Origin: Candidatus Methylomirabilota bacterium
Lineage (GTDB): Bacteria > Methylomirabilota > Methylomirabilia > Rokubacteriales > CSP1-6
Reading direction: 5' to 3'
Length of the DNA: 29,098 bases
NCBI GenBank assembly: GCA_046726415.1
Contig: JBKPAK010000194.1
Location: 1 to 29,098, forward strand
Below, in pieces: positions 1 to 8,482 of the stretch. The notes beneath the pieces are model-generated. The model saw nothing but the letters and a program-made list of their open reading frames with translations. It ran no database searches and was not told the origin of the DNA. The first letter of the stretch is position 1. Each line of letters opens with the position of its first letter. The translations under genes were made by a program, and so were the position numbers.

Positions 1-1
1 A

Positions 2-133
2 CCGATGGGGCGGGAGCAGACCCCGGAGGACATCGGGGAACTCGCGGCGTTCCTGGCCAGCGACGCCGCCCGCAACATCACCGGCCAGTGGATCGCGGTG
101 GACGGCGGTATCACGCTGCGCCAGGCTCCGTGA
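2..133 (+). CDS. SDR family oxidoreductase, C-terminal end (5' part outside window)
   Basis: Frame 2 reads [47 protein letters not shown], the typical SDR C-terminal motif (P.GR...PEDI...FLAS......ITGQ.I.VDGG). Not in the supplied ORF track. Confidence 0.9.
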   Translation, partial: PMGREQTPEDIGELAAFLASDAARNITGQWIAVDGGITLRQAP

Positions 134-266
134 GCCGCCAACGGGCTTGGTCGATGCCTGGCTCGGTGACAGGGGACAACCGCCGTTCGACTTCCTGCTG
201 TCCCCCTGACCTGCTGGCTGGCTCGTGGGCAGCGGTCCGGTCGGGTGAGACTCCCATCGGTGCGGA

Positions 267-1382
267 TCACCACTCCAGCGCGTCGGCCATCCGGCGCTTG
301 TGCCAGCGCGGGTCGCCCAAGTAGGCGAACAGGGTTCTCGACATCTGCGTGTGGGCGACGAGGCCGTACTCGGTGAGACTGCCCTGGCCCGCGTGGACTT
401 CGTGAGCGGCGTTGCACGCTTCGAGATAGGCCTCGCTGCTCACCGCTTTGGCCATGTGCACGGCGGCGGTGGCCGGGCGGCCAGTATCGAGCTTCCACAG
501 CGCCTCGGCCGTGGTCCAGCGCGCGGCATCGAGATGGTTCACCAGGCGGATGATGTGGTCCTGCACGCGCTGGAATTTTCCGATGGGAACGCCGAACTGC
601 ACGCGCTCCCGGCTGTGGGCCACCGACAGCTCGAACACGGCCTGGCATCCTCCCACCATGAATGAGCAGAGAACCGGCAGGGCCCGGAGGAGGGCTCGCT
701 CCAGAGCCGTCCAGCCCTGGTTCTCGCGGGTGCCGAGCAGGCGCGCCTGCGCGCCGTCGAACGTCACCTCACAGTGCCACGACAAGAAGCCGGGGAGGCG
801 GCGGACCCGCACACCCGGCGCCCGCGCATCGGCGAGCATCAGACTCACGTCCCCCGGCTTTTCACCGGTGCGAACGGCGACGATGAGATCGGTGGCGGCG
901 GTGGCGTCGCTCACGAACAACTTCGTGCCGTCTAGGCGGTAGTGATCGCCCAGCCGCTGCGGTCTGAGCGTGACGGCAACTGGACCCCACGACGCGTTCG
1001 GCTCGGTGATGGCCACCGACAGCACCGCCTCGCCGCGCGCAACGCGCGGGAGGATCGCTCGCCGCTGCTCCTCGCTGGCCGCCTCCATCGCGCTGAGCGC
1101 GCCGAGCACGCCCGAGCTGAAGAAGGGCCCGGGCAACGGCGCGCGTCCCAGCTCCTCGTAGAGGACCGCCGCGTCCGTGAGGGTCGACTCGCTGCCCCCG
1201 TATTCGGCCGGCACGAGGATACCGAGCCAGCCCAGCTTGGAGGCTTTCTGCCACAGCTCCGGCACCAGGCTGGACTCGGCGCGCTGGAGAGCGACAATGG
1301 CATGCCCCGGCGCCTCGCGCTCGATGAAGGTGCGGGCCGCCGAACGGAGCAGCTCCTGGGCGTCGGTCAGCGAGAGATCCAC
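267..1382 (-). CDS. Acyl-CoA dehydrogenase, short partner-type subunit (FadE27/FadE28-like), 371 aa
   Basis: Start placed at GTG 1382 (MDLSLTDAQELLR) after GAGGGG. ACAD motifs: LGWLGI..P.EYGG, GTKLFV, R.QFGVPIGKFQ, HEVHAG.G. Confidence 0.9.
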   Translation of the reverse strand: MDLSLTDAQELLRSAARTFIEREAPGHAIVALQRAESSLVPELWQKASKLGWLGILVPAEYGGSESTLTDAAVLYEELGRAPLPGPFFSSGVLGALSAMEAASEEQRRAILPRVARGEAVLSVAITEPNASWGPVAVTLRPQRLGDHYRLDGTKLFVSDATAATDLIVAVRTGEKPGDVSLMLADARAPGVRVRRLPGFLSWHCEVTFDGAQARLLGTRENQGWTALERALLRALPVLCSFMVGGCQAVFELSVAHSRERVQFGVPIGKFQRVQDHIIRLVNHLDAARWTTAEALWKLDTGRPATAAVHMAKAVSSEAYLEACNAAHEVHAGQGSLTEYGLVAHTQMSRTLFAYLGDPRWHKRRMADALEW

Positions 1383-1396
1383 GCCGAACGCGCCCC

Positions 1397-1792
1397 TCAG
1401 CCGGCCGGGGTCAGGGACTGCGGCCGAGCGTAGCTCACGGTGAGTATTTCCCACACGTGGCCATTCGCGTCATTCCAGTAGAGGTTGCGACCGCCCAGCC
1501 GCGTGTTGATCTGCATGTCGTCCGGGCCGTTCGGTCGGCTGCGATGGGCGATGCCGGCCGCCCTCAGGCGCCCGAAGATCGCGTCGAACTCGGCCTCGCC
1601 GACGCGGAAGCAGTAGTGGTGGCTTTCGAACCGATCGCGTTGCGCGAAGTCCAGGGTCAGCCCCTCGTTCACGTGCACCGGCGTGAAGTGACCGCCGGCT
1701 TCCCACGGAACGCCCAGGAGGCGCGCGAGTAGTTCGGCGGAAGCGACGGGATCGTGGGCTGGTACGATGAGGTGATCCAACGCAATGGCCAT
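1397..1792 (-). CDS. VOC/glyoxalase family protein, 131 aa
   Basis: AAGGAGG SD before ATG 1792. LDHLIVPAHD, HYCF.V, GGRNLYW.D.NGH.WEI motifs. Confidence 0.9.
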   Translation of the reverse strand: MAIALDHLIVPAHDPVASAELLARLLGVPWEAGGHFTPVHVNEGLTLDFAQRDRFESHHYCFRVGEAEFDAIFGRLRAAGIAHRSRPNGPDDMQINTRLGGRNLYWNDANGHVWEILTVSYARPQSLTPAG

Positions 1793-1900
1793 CGGGACCT
1801 CCTTGTGAAATAGGGAGCCCGCACACGACCCGCCAAGCCCGCTGCGCTCGTCGCGCCCCGGCACTGCCGTGGCGCTCCGCGATGATTGGCGGGGAGGGGA

Positions 1901-2695
1901 TTAGCGTCCACGGAAAACGGGCTTGCGCCTCTCGCGCCACGCCTGGTGGCCTTCCGCGTTGTCTTCAGTCAGCTCGAGCGTCGCGAAGCGGTAGAGATCA
2001 ACCAGCGAGGCATCGGAGAGGTTGGGAATGTCCAGTCCGCGGAGCAGCGATTCCTTGGCGAGCCGGGTAGCCATCGGTGGTAGGGACGCAACGTGTCCCG
2101 CCACCTCGAGCGCCTTGTCCATGAGCTGGTCGTGCGGCACCCGCCATTGGGCCAGTCCGATGCGGTAGGCCTCTTCGGCGGTGAGCGGGATGCCGAGGGC
2201 GAGTCGCATGGCGTGGCCTCTTCCGACCCAGCGGGCCAACCGCACCGCGCCTCCGTACGCGGGGAGGATGCCCAGCGCGACCTGGGGCAGCCGCCATTCC
2301 GCCCGCTCGGACGCGATCAGCACGTCGCAACAGAACGTCGCGATGCACCCGATTCCCACGGCGAAGCCGTTGACGGCCCCGATCAGCGGTTTGGGGAAAT
2401 TCGAGAGGATCTCGAACGGCCGGTCCCGTCGCCGGGCGATGCTCTTGATGAAGTCTGCGGCGGATTCCAGCGTGTGCGTCTTCGGATCCTTGAGATTGGC
2501 GGCCGCGGAAAAGGCGCCGCCGGCTTCGTCGCCGGTCAGGATGGCGCAGCGGATCTCGTCGTCGTCCTCCATGGCGGCAAAGTGGCGGGCGACGCCCTGG
2601 TTGAAGTCTGCTCCCCAGGCGTTGCGGGCGCCGGGACGACTCAGGGTGACGATACCGATCCGATCGCGCTTCTCATATGAAACGGGCATGGCCAT
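1901..2695 (-). CDS. Enoyl-CoA hydratase/isomerase (crotonase) family
   Basis: AFSAAANL, KPLIGAVNGFAVGIG, LGILPAYGG, AEEAYRIGL and C-terminal ERRKPVFRGR motifs. Confidence 0.93.
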   Translation of the reverse strand: MAMPVSYEKRDRIGIVTLSRPGARNAWGADFNQGVARHFAAMEDDDEIRCAILTGDEAGGAFSAAANLKDPKTHTLESAADFIKSIARRRDRPFEILSNFPKPLIGAVNGFAVGIGCIATFCCDVLIASERAEWRLPQVALGILPAYGGAVRLARWVGRGHAMRLALGIPLTAEEAYRIGLAQWRVPHDQLMDKALEVAGHVASLPPMATRLAKESLLRGLDIPNLSDASLVDLYRFATLELTEDNAEGHQAWRERRKPVFRGR

Positions 2696-2785
2696 GTCCT
2701 CGGACCGGGCGTCGGCCGGCGCGGACGGGCCGGGCGCAGGAATTCCGGCCCCACGCGCTCGGGCCAGGTCGCGGGCATTGTAACC

Positions 2786-3628
2786 TCAGGGGCCCTTCGG
2801 CTTGTCCCCGGCCAGCGTGATGCGGTGCAGGAGGCGGCGATGGCCGGGGTAGTCGTTGATCGCATTATGCTGCGCGCAGCGATTGTCCCAGACGGCGATC
2901 GAGCCGGCCCGCCAACGGAAACGGCAGGTGAACTCCGGCCGGACCTGGTGGCGGAACAGGTACTCGAGGATCGGCGCGCTCTCCTCCGGCGACATGTCCT
3001 GGAAACCCACCGTGTGCGCCACGTTGACGTAGAGTGCTCGGCGGCCCGTCTCGGGATGCACGCGGACGACGGGATGCGCCGCCAGATATTCCTTCTTGGC
3101 GTCCTCCCGCGCCGTGTCTTTGAGACGGTCCTCGCGCGTGCGCGACGCGTCGGCCTTTGCCGAGCTGTTGAGGGCCACCAGCCCGTCGAGCATCCGCTGC
3201 ATGCCCTCGGACAACGTCTCGTAGGCCAGATACATGTTGGCGAAGAGCGTGTCGCCGCCCGCCGGGGGGATCTCCCGCGCGATGAGCATGCTGGCCATCG
3301 GTGGCACGTCGAGATAGGCGGTGTCGGAGTGCCAGACGCCGCCGAAGTTGACGTGCTCGTGCTCGCGCTTCAGGACGGGGATGATCTCCGGGAAGTCGTC
3401 GAGCCCCTTCACGAAGGGGTATTCGATCGGTTCGCCGAAGCGCCGCGCGAAGGCCAGGAACCGCGCCGGTGAGAGGTGCTGGTCGCGGAGGAAGATCACG
3501 AGATGGTCGAGCCAGGCCCGGCGGAGGGCCGCGATGGTCTCGTCGTCGAGATCGTTCGCGAGGTCGACTCCGGAAATCTCGGCGCCGAGGGCGCCGGCGA
3601 CCGGGTGTACACCGATCGAGTGGCTCAT
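2786..3628 (-). CDS. TauD/TfdA family Fe(II)/2-oxoglutarate dioxygenase, 280 aa
   Basis: AAGGAG SD before ATG 3628. GALGAEISGVDL, WHSD (HxD), GGDTLFAN, HPVVRVHPETG, WDNRCAQH and HRIT motifs. Confidence 0.95.
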   Translation of the reverse strand: MSHSIGVHPVAGALGAEISGVDLANDLDDETIAALRRAWLDHLVIFLRDQHLSPARFLAFARRFGEPIEYPFVKGLDDFPEIIPVLKREHEHVNFGGVWHSDTAYLDVPPMASMLIAREIPPAGGDTLFANMYLAYETLSEGMQRMLDGLVALNSSAKADASRTREDRLKDTAREDAKKEYLAAHPVVRVHPETGRRALYVNVAHTVGFQDMSPEESAPILEYLFRHQVRPEFTCRFRWRAGSIAVWDNRCAQHNAINDYPGHRRLLHRITLAGDKPKGP

Positions 3629-3674
3629 CGAGCTGCTCCTTGTACGAGGAGGATCCGTGAAGCTTGGCCATCCT

Positions 3675-3751
3675 ATTGTAGTGCGGGAGGGCGAGGAGGG
3701 GCTGGGACCGATCCGCCGCTCGCCTCGGGTCCCTGAGGCACGTGGTACGAT
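3675..3751. promoter_or_regulatory. Candidate divergent sigma70 -10 elements between the TauD gene and the MmgE/PrpD gene
   Basis: TACAAT on the minus strand at 3675-3680 and extended -10 TGgTACGAT on the plus strand at 3743-3751, in a divergent intergenic region. No convincing -35 boxes. Confidence 0.35.
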
Positions 3752-3845
3752 CCCGCGCAACGGGCGATTCACGCGGTATCGTCGCGATGGGAGCAGTGGC
3801 GAGCGCACCCAGCGATGGGCGTGTGGTGACAAGAGAGGAGCGAAT

Positions 3846-5243
3846 ATGAGCGCGATCCAGGGGGCCGGGTCCTCGGTGATCGAGCAGCTCTCCGCGTACG
3901 TGGCGACGGAATCTTTCGACAAACTTCCCGACTCCGCCGTGCGAGCGGCTCGCCGGGCCATCCTCGACACCTTGGGGGTGACCCTGGCCGGCTCGGTGGA
4001 GGTGACCGCCGAGCGCGTCCGCGCCCTGCTCGCGCATCGACGGGGAAGCGAGGGCGCCACCGTCGTCGGCAGCGCGCGCCGCGGACCGGTCGAAGACGCC
4101 GCGCTCGCGAACGGCACGGCGGCGCACGCCCTGGACTACGACGACCTCCATCAATCGCTCTCAGGGCATCCATCGGTGCCGGTCCTGCCCGCGGCGCTGG
4201 CCCTGGCCGAGCGGCAGCACCTGTCCGGCGCCGCGCTCATCACCGCCTTCCTCGTCGGCATCGAGATCGAGGCCAAGCTCGGGCGAGCGCTGAACCCGGG
4301 CCTCTACGAAGCGGGCTGGCACGCCACGTCGGCCCTGGGTGTTTTCGGGGCGGCCGCGGCGGCGGCAAAACTCCTCGGCCTGTCGGTCGAGCGCATCGCG
4401 CAGGCACTGGCCATCGCCGCATCCCTGGCCAGCGGGATCAAGGCGAACTTCGGGACTGACTGCAAGCCGCTGCACGCCGGGCACGCCGCCCGCTGCGGGG
4501 TGGAGGCGGCCCTCCTGGCGGAGGGCGGCTTCACCGGGAATCCTCGCGCCCTCGAGCACGGCGACGGGTTCGGTGCCACCTATGGTGCCGGAAGCCCACC
4601 CGCCTGGGATGTGGCCACGGCCGGACTGGGCGCACCCCACGAGATCGTCGATCCGGGCATCGGCGTCAAGCGGTTCCCAGCCTGCGCCAGCACGCACCAG
4701 GCCCTCGACGCGACCTTGGCCCTGGCGGAAGAGCACGCGATCGACGCGGCCGCCGTCGAGGCCGTGGAGTGCGCGGTGCACTACCTGGCGCCCCACCAGC
4801 TCATCTACGATCGAGCCACCACGGCGCTTGAGGGCAAGTTCTCGATGCCCTATTGCGTGTCGGTGGCGCTCCTCGACCGCTCGGTCGGGTTCGCCCAGTT
4901 CACCGACGAGCGCGTCCGCCGCGCCGATGTGCAGGCGCTGATGCCGAGAGTCCGGATGGTCGTCCACCCCGAGCAGACGACGCGGGACTGTCTGCCCACG
5001 CGGTTCAGCGAGGTGACCATCGCGCTTCGCGACGGCCGGCGGCTTCAGCGACGCGTGCATCAGGCCAAGGGCCAGCCTCGAAACCCGCTGACCGACGGCG
5101 AGCTGATCGTCAAGTTCCGGGACTGCGCGGCGCGCGCCCTTCCCGTCGAGCGCGCGGAGTCGATCCTGACCGCCGTCCAGCAGCTGGAGACTCTGGCCGA
5201 CGTGAGCGCCCTTGCGCGCCTGCTCAGCGCCGACCCGCGCTGA
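3846..5243 (+). CDS. MmgE/PrpD family protein, 465 aa
   Basis: AGAGGAG SD before ATG 3846. NGTAAHALDYDD, GHPS, GWHATS, KPLHAG, KRFPACASTH, GKFSMPY and KG.PRNPL motifs. Confidence 0.95.
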   Translation: MSAIQGAGSSVIEQLSAYVATESFDKLPDSAVRAARRAILDTLGVTLAGSVEVTAERVRALLAHRRGSEGATVVGSARRGPVEDAALANGTAAHALDYDDLHQSLSGHPSVPVLPAALALAERQHLSGAALITAFLVGIEIEAKLGRALNPGLYEAGWHATSALGVFGAAAAAAKLLGLSVERIAQALAIAASLASGIKANFGTDCKPLHAGHAARCGVEAALLAEGGFTGNPRALEHGDGFGATYGAGSPPAWDVATAGLGAPHEIVDPGIGVKRFPACASTHQALDATLALAEEHAIDAAAVEAVECAVHYLAPHQLIYDRATTALEGKFSMPYCVSVALLDRSVGFAQFTDERVRRADVQALMPRVRMVVHPEQTTRDCLPTRFSEVTIALRDGRRLQRRVHQAKGQPRNPLTDGELIVKFRDCAARALPVERAESILTAVQQLETLADVSALARLLSADPR

Positions 5244-5330
5244 AGCGGAGCTTGCCGTTACGTCTTTTCCCCGGGGCGTGTCGTCCCGACCACGCGGCAG
5301 GAGCCGCGACCGTCACGGTACGATGAGGTC

Positions 5331-6209
5331 ATGGCGGATCTGAAGCGACGACTCCCCGGGAATGTCGCGGGCGACTTCTACGTCGACGCGACGTGCATCG
5401 ACTGCGACCAGTGCCGACGCATCGCGCCGGCGACCTTTCGCGCCCAGCGCGACAGGTCGATCGTGTTCCGCCAGCCGGCCACTCCAGGCGACGCGCAGCG
5501 GGCGGAGATGGCGCTGGTCACTTGCCCCACCGGTTCCATCGGCACGGTGGAGAAGCGCGATTTGTCGGAGGCGATCGCCGCCTACCCCGAGTCCCTGGGT
5601 GACCACGTGTACTTCTGCGGCTTCGCGTCGGAGGACACCTTCGGAGGCTCGAGCTATCTGCTCGTCCGTCCGGAAGGCAATGTGCTCGTCGACTCGCCGC
5701 GCTTTACGGCCCCCCTCGTCGAACGGATCGAGGCGATGGGCGGAGTGCGGTTCATGTTCCTGAGTCACATCGACGACGTCGCGGACCACGCGAAGTTCCG
5801 GCGCCACTTCGGGTGCGAGCGGGTGATGCACGCCCAGGACGCCGCGTTCGCGGTCGAGCGGCGTATCGAGGGTCGGCAGCCCGTCCGCCTCGCCCACGAT
5901 CTCGTGGTCATTCCCACGCCAGGCCATACCAGCGGCCATCAAGTGTTGCTCTACGCCGACACCGCGCTCTTCACCGGCGATCACCTGGCCTGGTCGCCCG
6001 AGCGCAGAACGCTGATCGCCTTCGACGATGCCTGTTGGTACTCCTGGCCGGAGCAGACGCGCTCGATGGCGGACCTCCTGGCGTATCGCTTCGAATGGGT
6101 ATTGCCCGGCCACGGGCATTCGCACCGCAGTTCCGCCGACGACATGCAGGGTCACCTCGAGCGTTGCCTGAGCTGGATGAAGCACACCAGAGCCCGTGCT
6201 CGCGCCTGA
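5331..6209 (+). CDS. MBL-fold metallo-hydrolase with N-terminal ferredoxin domain
   Basis: N-terminal CIDCDQC...CPTGSI, followed by MBL motifs SHIDDVADH, PGHTSGH, TGDH and LPGHG. Confidence 0.92.
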   Translation: MADLKRRLPGNVAGDFYVDATCIDCDQCRRIAPATFRAQRDRSIVFRQPATPGDAQRAEMALVTCPTGSIGTVEKRDLSEAIAAYPESLGDHVYFCGFASEDTFGGSSYLLVRPEGNVLVDSPRFTAPLVERIEAMGGVRFMFLSHIDDVADHAKFRRHFGCERVMHAQDAAFAVERRIEGRQPVRLAHDLVVIPTPGHTSGHQVLLYADTALFTGDHLAWSPERRTLIAFDDACWYSWPEQTRSMADLLAYRFEWVLPGHGHSHRSSADDMQGHLERCLSWMKHTRARARA

Positions 6210-6259
6210 CGTTTCTCGCGGATTCTCAGCGGGGACGGGGAATTGGGCACATGACACGA

Positions 6260-6439
6260 ATCGCCGAAGAGGAGTTGCCGAGGTCGGGCGGAGCGAACGC
6301 TCACCCGCCGTGGAGCGGCGATCGCCGAGGAGCAGTGGCTGAGGCCGGGTGGAGTGAGCGCTCCCCCGCCGTGGCGCGGAACATCGCCGACGAGGAGTTG
6401 ACGAGGCAGGGTGGAGCGAACGCTCCCCCTGCCGTCGCC
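6260..6439. repeat. Three tandem degenerate ~61-62 bp repeats, each with an internal hairpin (REP/BIME-like)
   Basis: Units start at 6260, 6321 and 6383 with ATCGCCGA. Shared consensus ATCGCCGAnGAGsAGTkG..GAGG..GGGyGGAGyGArCGCTCmCCC-GCCGT, with internal inverted repeat GAGCG-AA-CGCTC. Confidence 0.85.
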
Positions 6440-6457
6440 AAAATGGCGGTGGGGGGT

Positions 6458-6488
6458 GGCGGGGGGAGCGGCCCTCGCTCCCCCCGCC
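6458..6488. terminator. Perfect 13-bp GC stem-loop at the 3' end of a convergent gene (terminator-like or REP)
   Basis: GGCGGGGGGAGCG-gccct-CGCTCCCCCCGCC, overlapping the ACAD stop codon. No U-tract on either side. Confidence 0.55.
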
Positions 6489-7720
6489 TATTCAACAGTC
6501 CCGGCGGCCTCGCGCGCGGCGCGGCCGATGCCAATGCGGCGCGCCATGCTCACCCGCTGAATGTCGGCGGTGCCGCCCGGGTGCACGGCCACGATGCCGT
6601 TGCGCTGCTGCAGCTCCAGGAACCCCTCGGGGGAGCCCCAGGTCTCGTCGCTGGTGAGGGCGGCTGGCCCCACTGCCTCGAGGATGGCGCCGGTCATCCA
6701 CAGGCCGGTCATCTTGCGGTAGTAGGAAAGCTGTGGTCCTTCATAGGACCGCGGACGGCGCGCATAGGTCAGCCAGAAGTTGCGCAGGCCGAACAGCCGC
6801 ATGACCTCGGTCTTGACGTAGATGTCGGTCAAGATATCGCGGGTGTCGGGTCGCTGGCTGAGCGGCACCCCATCGCGCTTGGTCTCCTGGCAGTAGCGGA
6901 GTAGACGGTCCCACACGCGGTGGCGTCCGATGCGCCCCCCCGCGCCGTGCTCCAGTTCGAGATGTGTGCTGGCCGCCTTCCAGCCGTTGTTCTCGCCGCC
7001 GATGAGGGAAAGGGCCGGCACCCGCACGCCGTCGAAGAAGACGGTATTCTTCTGGACCGGATCAGTCCCGCCCTCGCCGCCCGTGCCCATGAGCTGCATC
7101 GGTTGCACGGTGATACCGGGCAGGTTGGCGTCGATCATGAACCAGGAGACGTTCTCGTGCCTGCGACCGCCCGGCTTGGTGCATGCGATCATCCAGATGC
7201 GGTCGGCGCCGTGATCGCTGCCGACGAAGATCTTCTGGCCATTGATCACGTACTCGTCGCCGTCGCGAATGGCCGAGGTGGTCACCCCTGCCAGGTCGGA
7301 ACCGGCCCCGGGTTCGGTGAGGAGCTGCCAGGTGCGCACTTCGCCCCGGTAGATCGGCGGCAGAAACGCCCCTCGCTGTTCCTCGGTGCCCCAGACGAGG
7401 ATCGTAGCCGCCCCGAGCCGCCCGCCGCTGTCGTAGTATGGCGGCAGCGAGAGGCCGAAGCGATCGACCTCCTCTTCGAGGATGATCGTCTGGTCGACCT
7501 CGAGCGCACCACCGCCGTACCGCTCGGGTGCACGCGGATACAGCCACCCCTTGTCGCCGAGCTTCCGCCCGAACGCGCGCAGTTCCCGGTAGCGCCGCAG
7601 GCTGTCCTCGTCAGACGTCGGGGTCCGCGTGATGCCTGGCGGCACGTTGGCCTCGAGCCAGGCGCGCACCTCACGCCGGAAGCGCTGCTGCTCGTCTGTG
7701 TAGGTGACCTCGAAGTCCAT
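6488..7720 (-). CDS. Acyl-CoA dehydrogenase (FadE26/FadE29-like subunit), 410 aa
   Basis: MDF..T.EQ..FR.EVRAWL start after AAGGAG. LTEPGAGSDLA, INGQKIF, IGGENNGW, LELEH and GGTADIQR motifs. Confidence 0.93.
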   Translation of the reverse strand: MDFEVTYTDEQQRFRREVRAWLEANVPPGITRTPTSDEDSLRRYRELRAFGRKLGDKGWLYPRAPERYGGGALEVDQTIILEEEVDRFGLSLPPYYDSGGRLGAATILVWGTEEQRGAFLPPIYRGEVRTWQLLTEPGAGSDLAGVTTSAIRDGDEYVINGQKIFVGSDHGADRIWMIACTKPGGRRHENVSWFMIDANLPGITVQPMQLMGTGGEGGTDPVQKNTVFFDGVRVPALSLIGGENNGWKAASTHLELEHGAGGRIGRHRVWDRLLRYCQETKRDGVPLSQRPDTRDILTDIYVKTEVMRLFGLRNFWLTYARRPRSYEGPQLSYYRKMTGLWMTGAILEAVGPAALTSDETWGSPEGFLELQQRNGIVAVHPGGTADIQRVSMARRIGIGRAAREAAGTVE

Positions 7721-7817
7721 CGGCGGCTCCTTCGTCCTGGTTCGCAGGTCCGATGCCCGTCACCGTCATCCCGATTCGATCGCGTTGTCGGAGCGAGTGG
7801 CCCGTCGGACCTCCGAG

Positions 7818-7846
7818 ATTATATGAGCATGATCTTCCACTGCCGA
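7818..7846 (-). promoter_or_regulatory. Candidate sigma70 promoter for the acyl-CoA dehydrogenase gene
   Basis: Perfect TATAAT (minus, 7818-7823) with TCGGCA 17 bp upstream (7841-7846), about 100 bp before the ATG at 7720. Confidence 0.5.
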
Positions 7847-7880
7847 ACACGCGACGGCCGGACGTTGCAACCCCGACCCA

Positions 7881-7910
7881 TTGACCCTCCGGCCCAGGGA
7901 CCTGTATACA
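7881..7910 (+). promoter_or_regulatory. Candidate promoter with overlapping TGTATACA palindrome (GntR-type operator core)
   Basis: TTGACC-18 bp-TATACA. The palindrome TGTATACA at 7903-7910 overlaps the -10. GGAGG SD follows at 7928. Confidence 0.4.
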
Positions 7911-7940
7911 TCGGCGAACGATACCCTGGAGGTCGCAACG

Positions 7941-8315
7941 ATGCGAGTGCCCGCCCCGCAGATCCGCCAGCAGCTAGTGTCCGTCCTTTGCGCCTGGGGC
8001 ATGTCCGACGCCCACGCCGAGACCACGGCCGAGATGATGCTCGAGACCGACTTGCGCGGCGTCGATTCCCACGGCATCTCGATGCTGCCCACCTACAACC
8101 GCGAGTTCCGCAGCGGTCGGCTGAATGTGCGCCCGCTGTTCAAGACCGTGCGCGAAGGGCCGGCCTTCGCCCTGATCGACGCCGACGCATCGCTTGGCCA
8201 TCCGGTGTCGGTGCACGCGATGAACCTCGCCGTCGACAAGTGCCGCGAGAGCGGCGTGGCCGTGGTGTCGGTGGTCAACTCGCATCCGGGTGCGGCGCCC
8301 TGGGTGTTGACATAG
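7941..8315 (+). pseudogene. 3'-truncated Ldh_2 family (malate/L-lactate/L-sulfolactate dehydrogenase) gene, 124 aa remain
   Basis: DLRGVDSHG, IDADASLG and GVAVVSVVNSH match the Ldh_2 N-terminus. Similarity stops right after NSH (family: NSHHFG), and full-length members are about 330-360 aa. Confidence 0.85.
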
Positions 8316-8365
8316 ACCGCGTACAGGGACTGCCGATTCTCTCGATTGCGCCCTTCCGGCTCCAT
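8283..8365 (-). pseudogene. Collapsed remnant of an SMP-30/gluconolactonase gene (start joined to extreme C-terminus)
   Basis: GAGGAGG SD, then ATG 8365: MEPEGRNRENR|QSLYAVYVNTQGAAPG. The second half matches my recollection of the C-terminal strand of bacterial SMP-30/gluconolactonases (RLFMTASQSLYAVYVxTQGA). Confidence 0.6.
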
Positions 8366-8482
8366 CACTGGCCTCCTCAGACGACGCGGGCGTGGATGAC
8401 GCCCGCGCGACCGTAGCAGACGATCGGCGGGACCGTCAATCGACGTCCATCTGGTACGCTCACGCATCGGAGGAGGACGGCG

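Noticed and set aside
170-208. Intrinsic terminator between the convergent SDR and ACAD genes
   Set aside because: CAGGGGACA/TGTCCCCCTG is an imperfect stem with a 20-nt loop and no U-tract, too weak to call.
1820-1836. Sigma54 promoter upstream of the small VOC gene (TGGC-N8-TGC, minus strand)
   Set aside because: Only the GG-N10-GC spacing matches, which is common by chance at this GC content.
3321-3845. N-terminal extensions given by the ORF track (e.g. 640-aa MmgE/PrpD, 443-aa TauD, 519-aa hypothetical, 663-aa amidohydrolase)
   Set aside because: The extensions overlap other genes or intergenic DNA. SD sites and family N-termini support the shorter starts used here.
6260-6439. CRISPR array
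   Set aside because: The repeated part is about 54 bp and degenerate, the linkers are only about 7-8 bp, and no cas genes are present.
5813-6904. 363-aa ORF running through the repeat array (MTRIAEEEL... repeats)
   Set aside because: It overlaps the MBL gene in another frame and the ACAD gene antisense. The repeat units are 61 and 62 bp, not multiples of 3, so the repeats are not under coding constraint.
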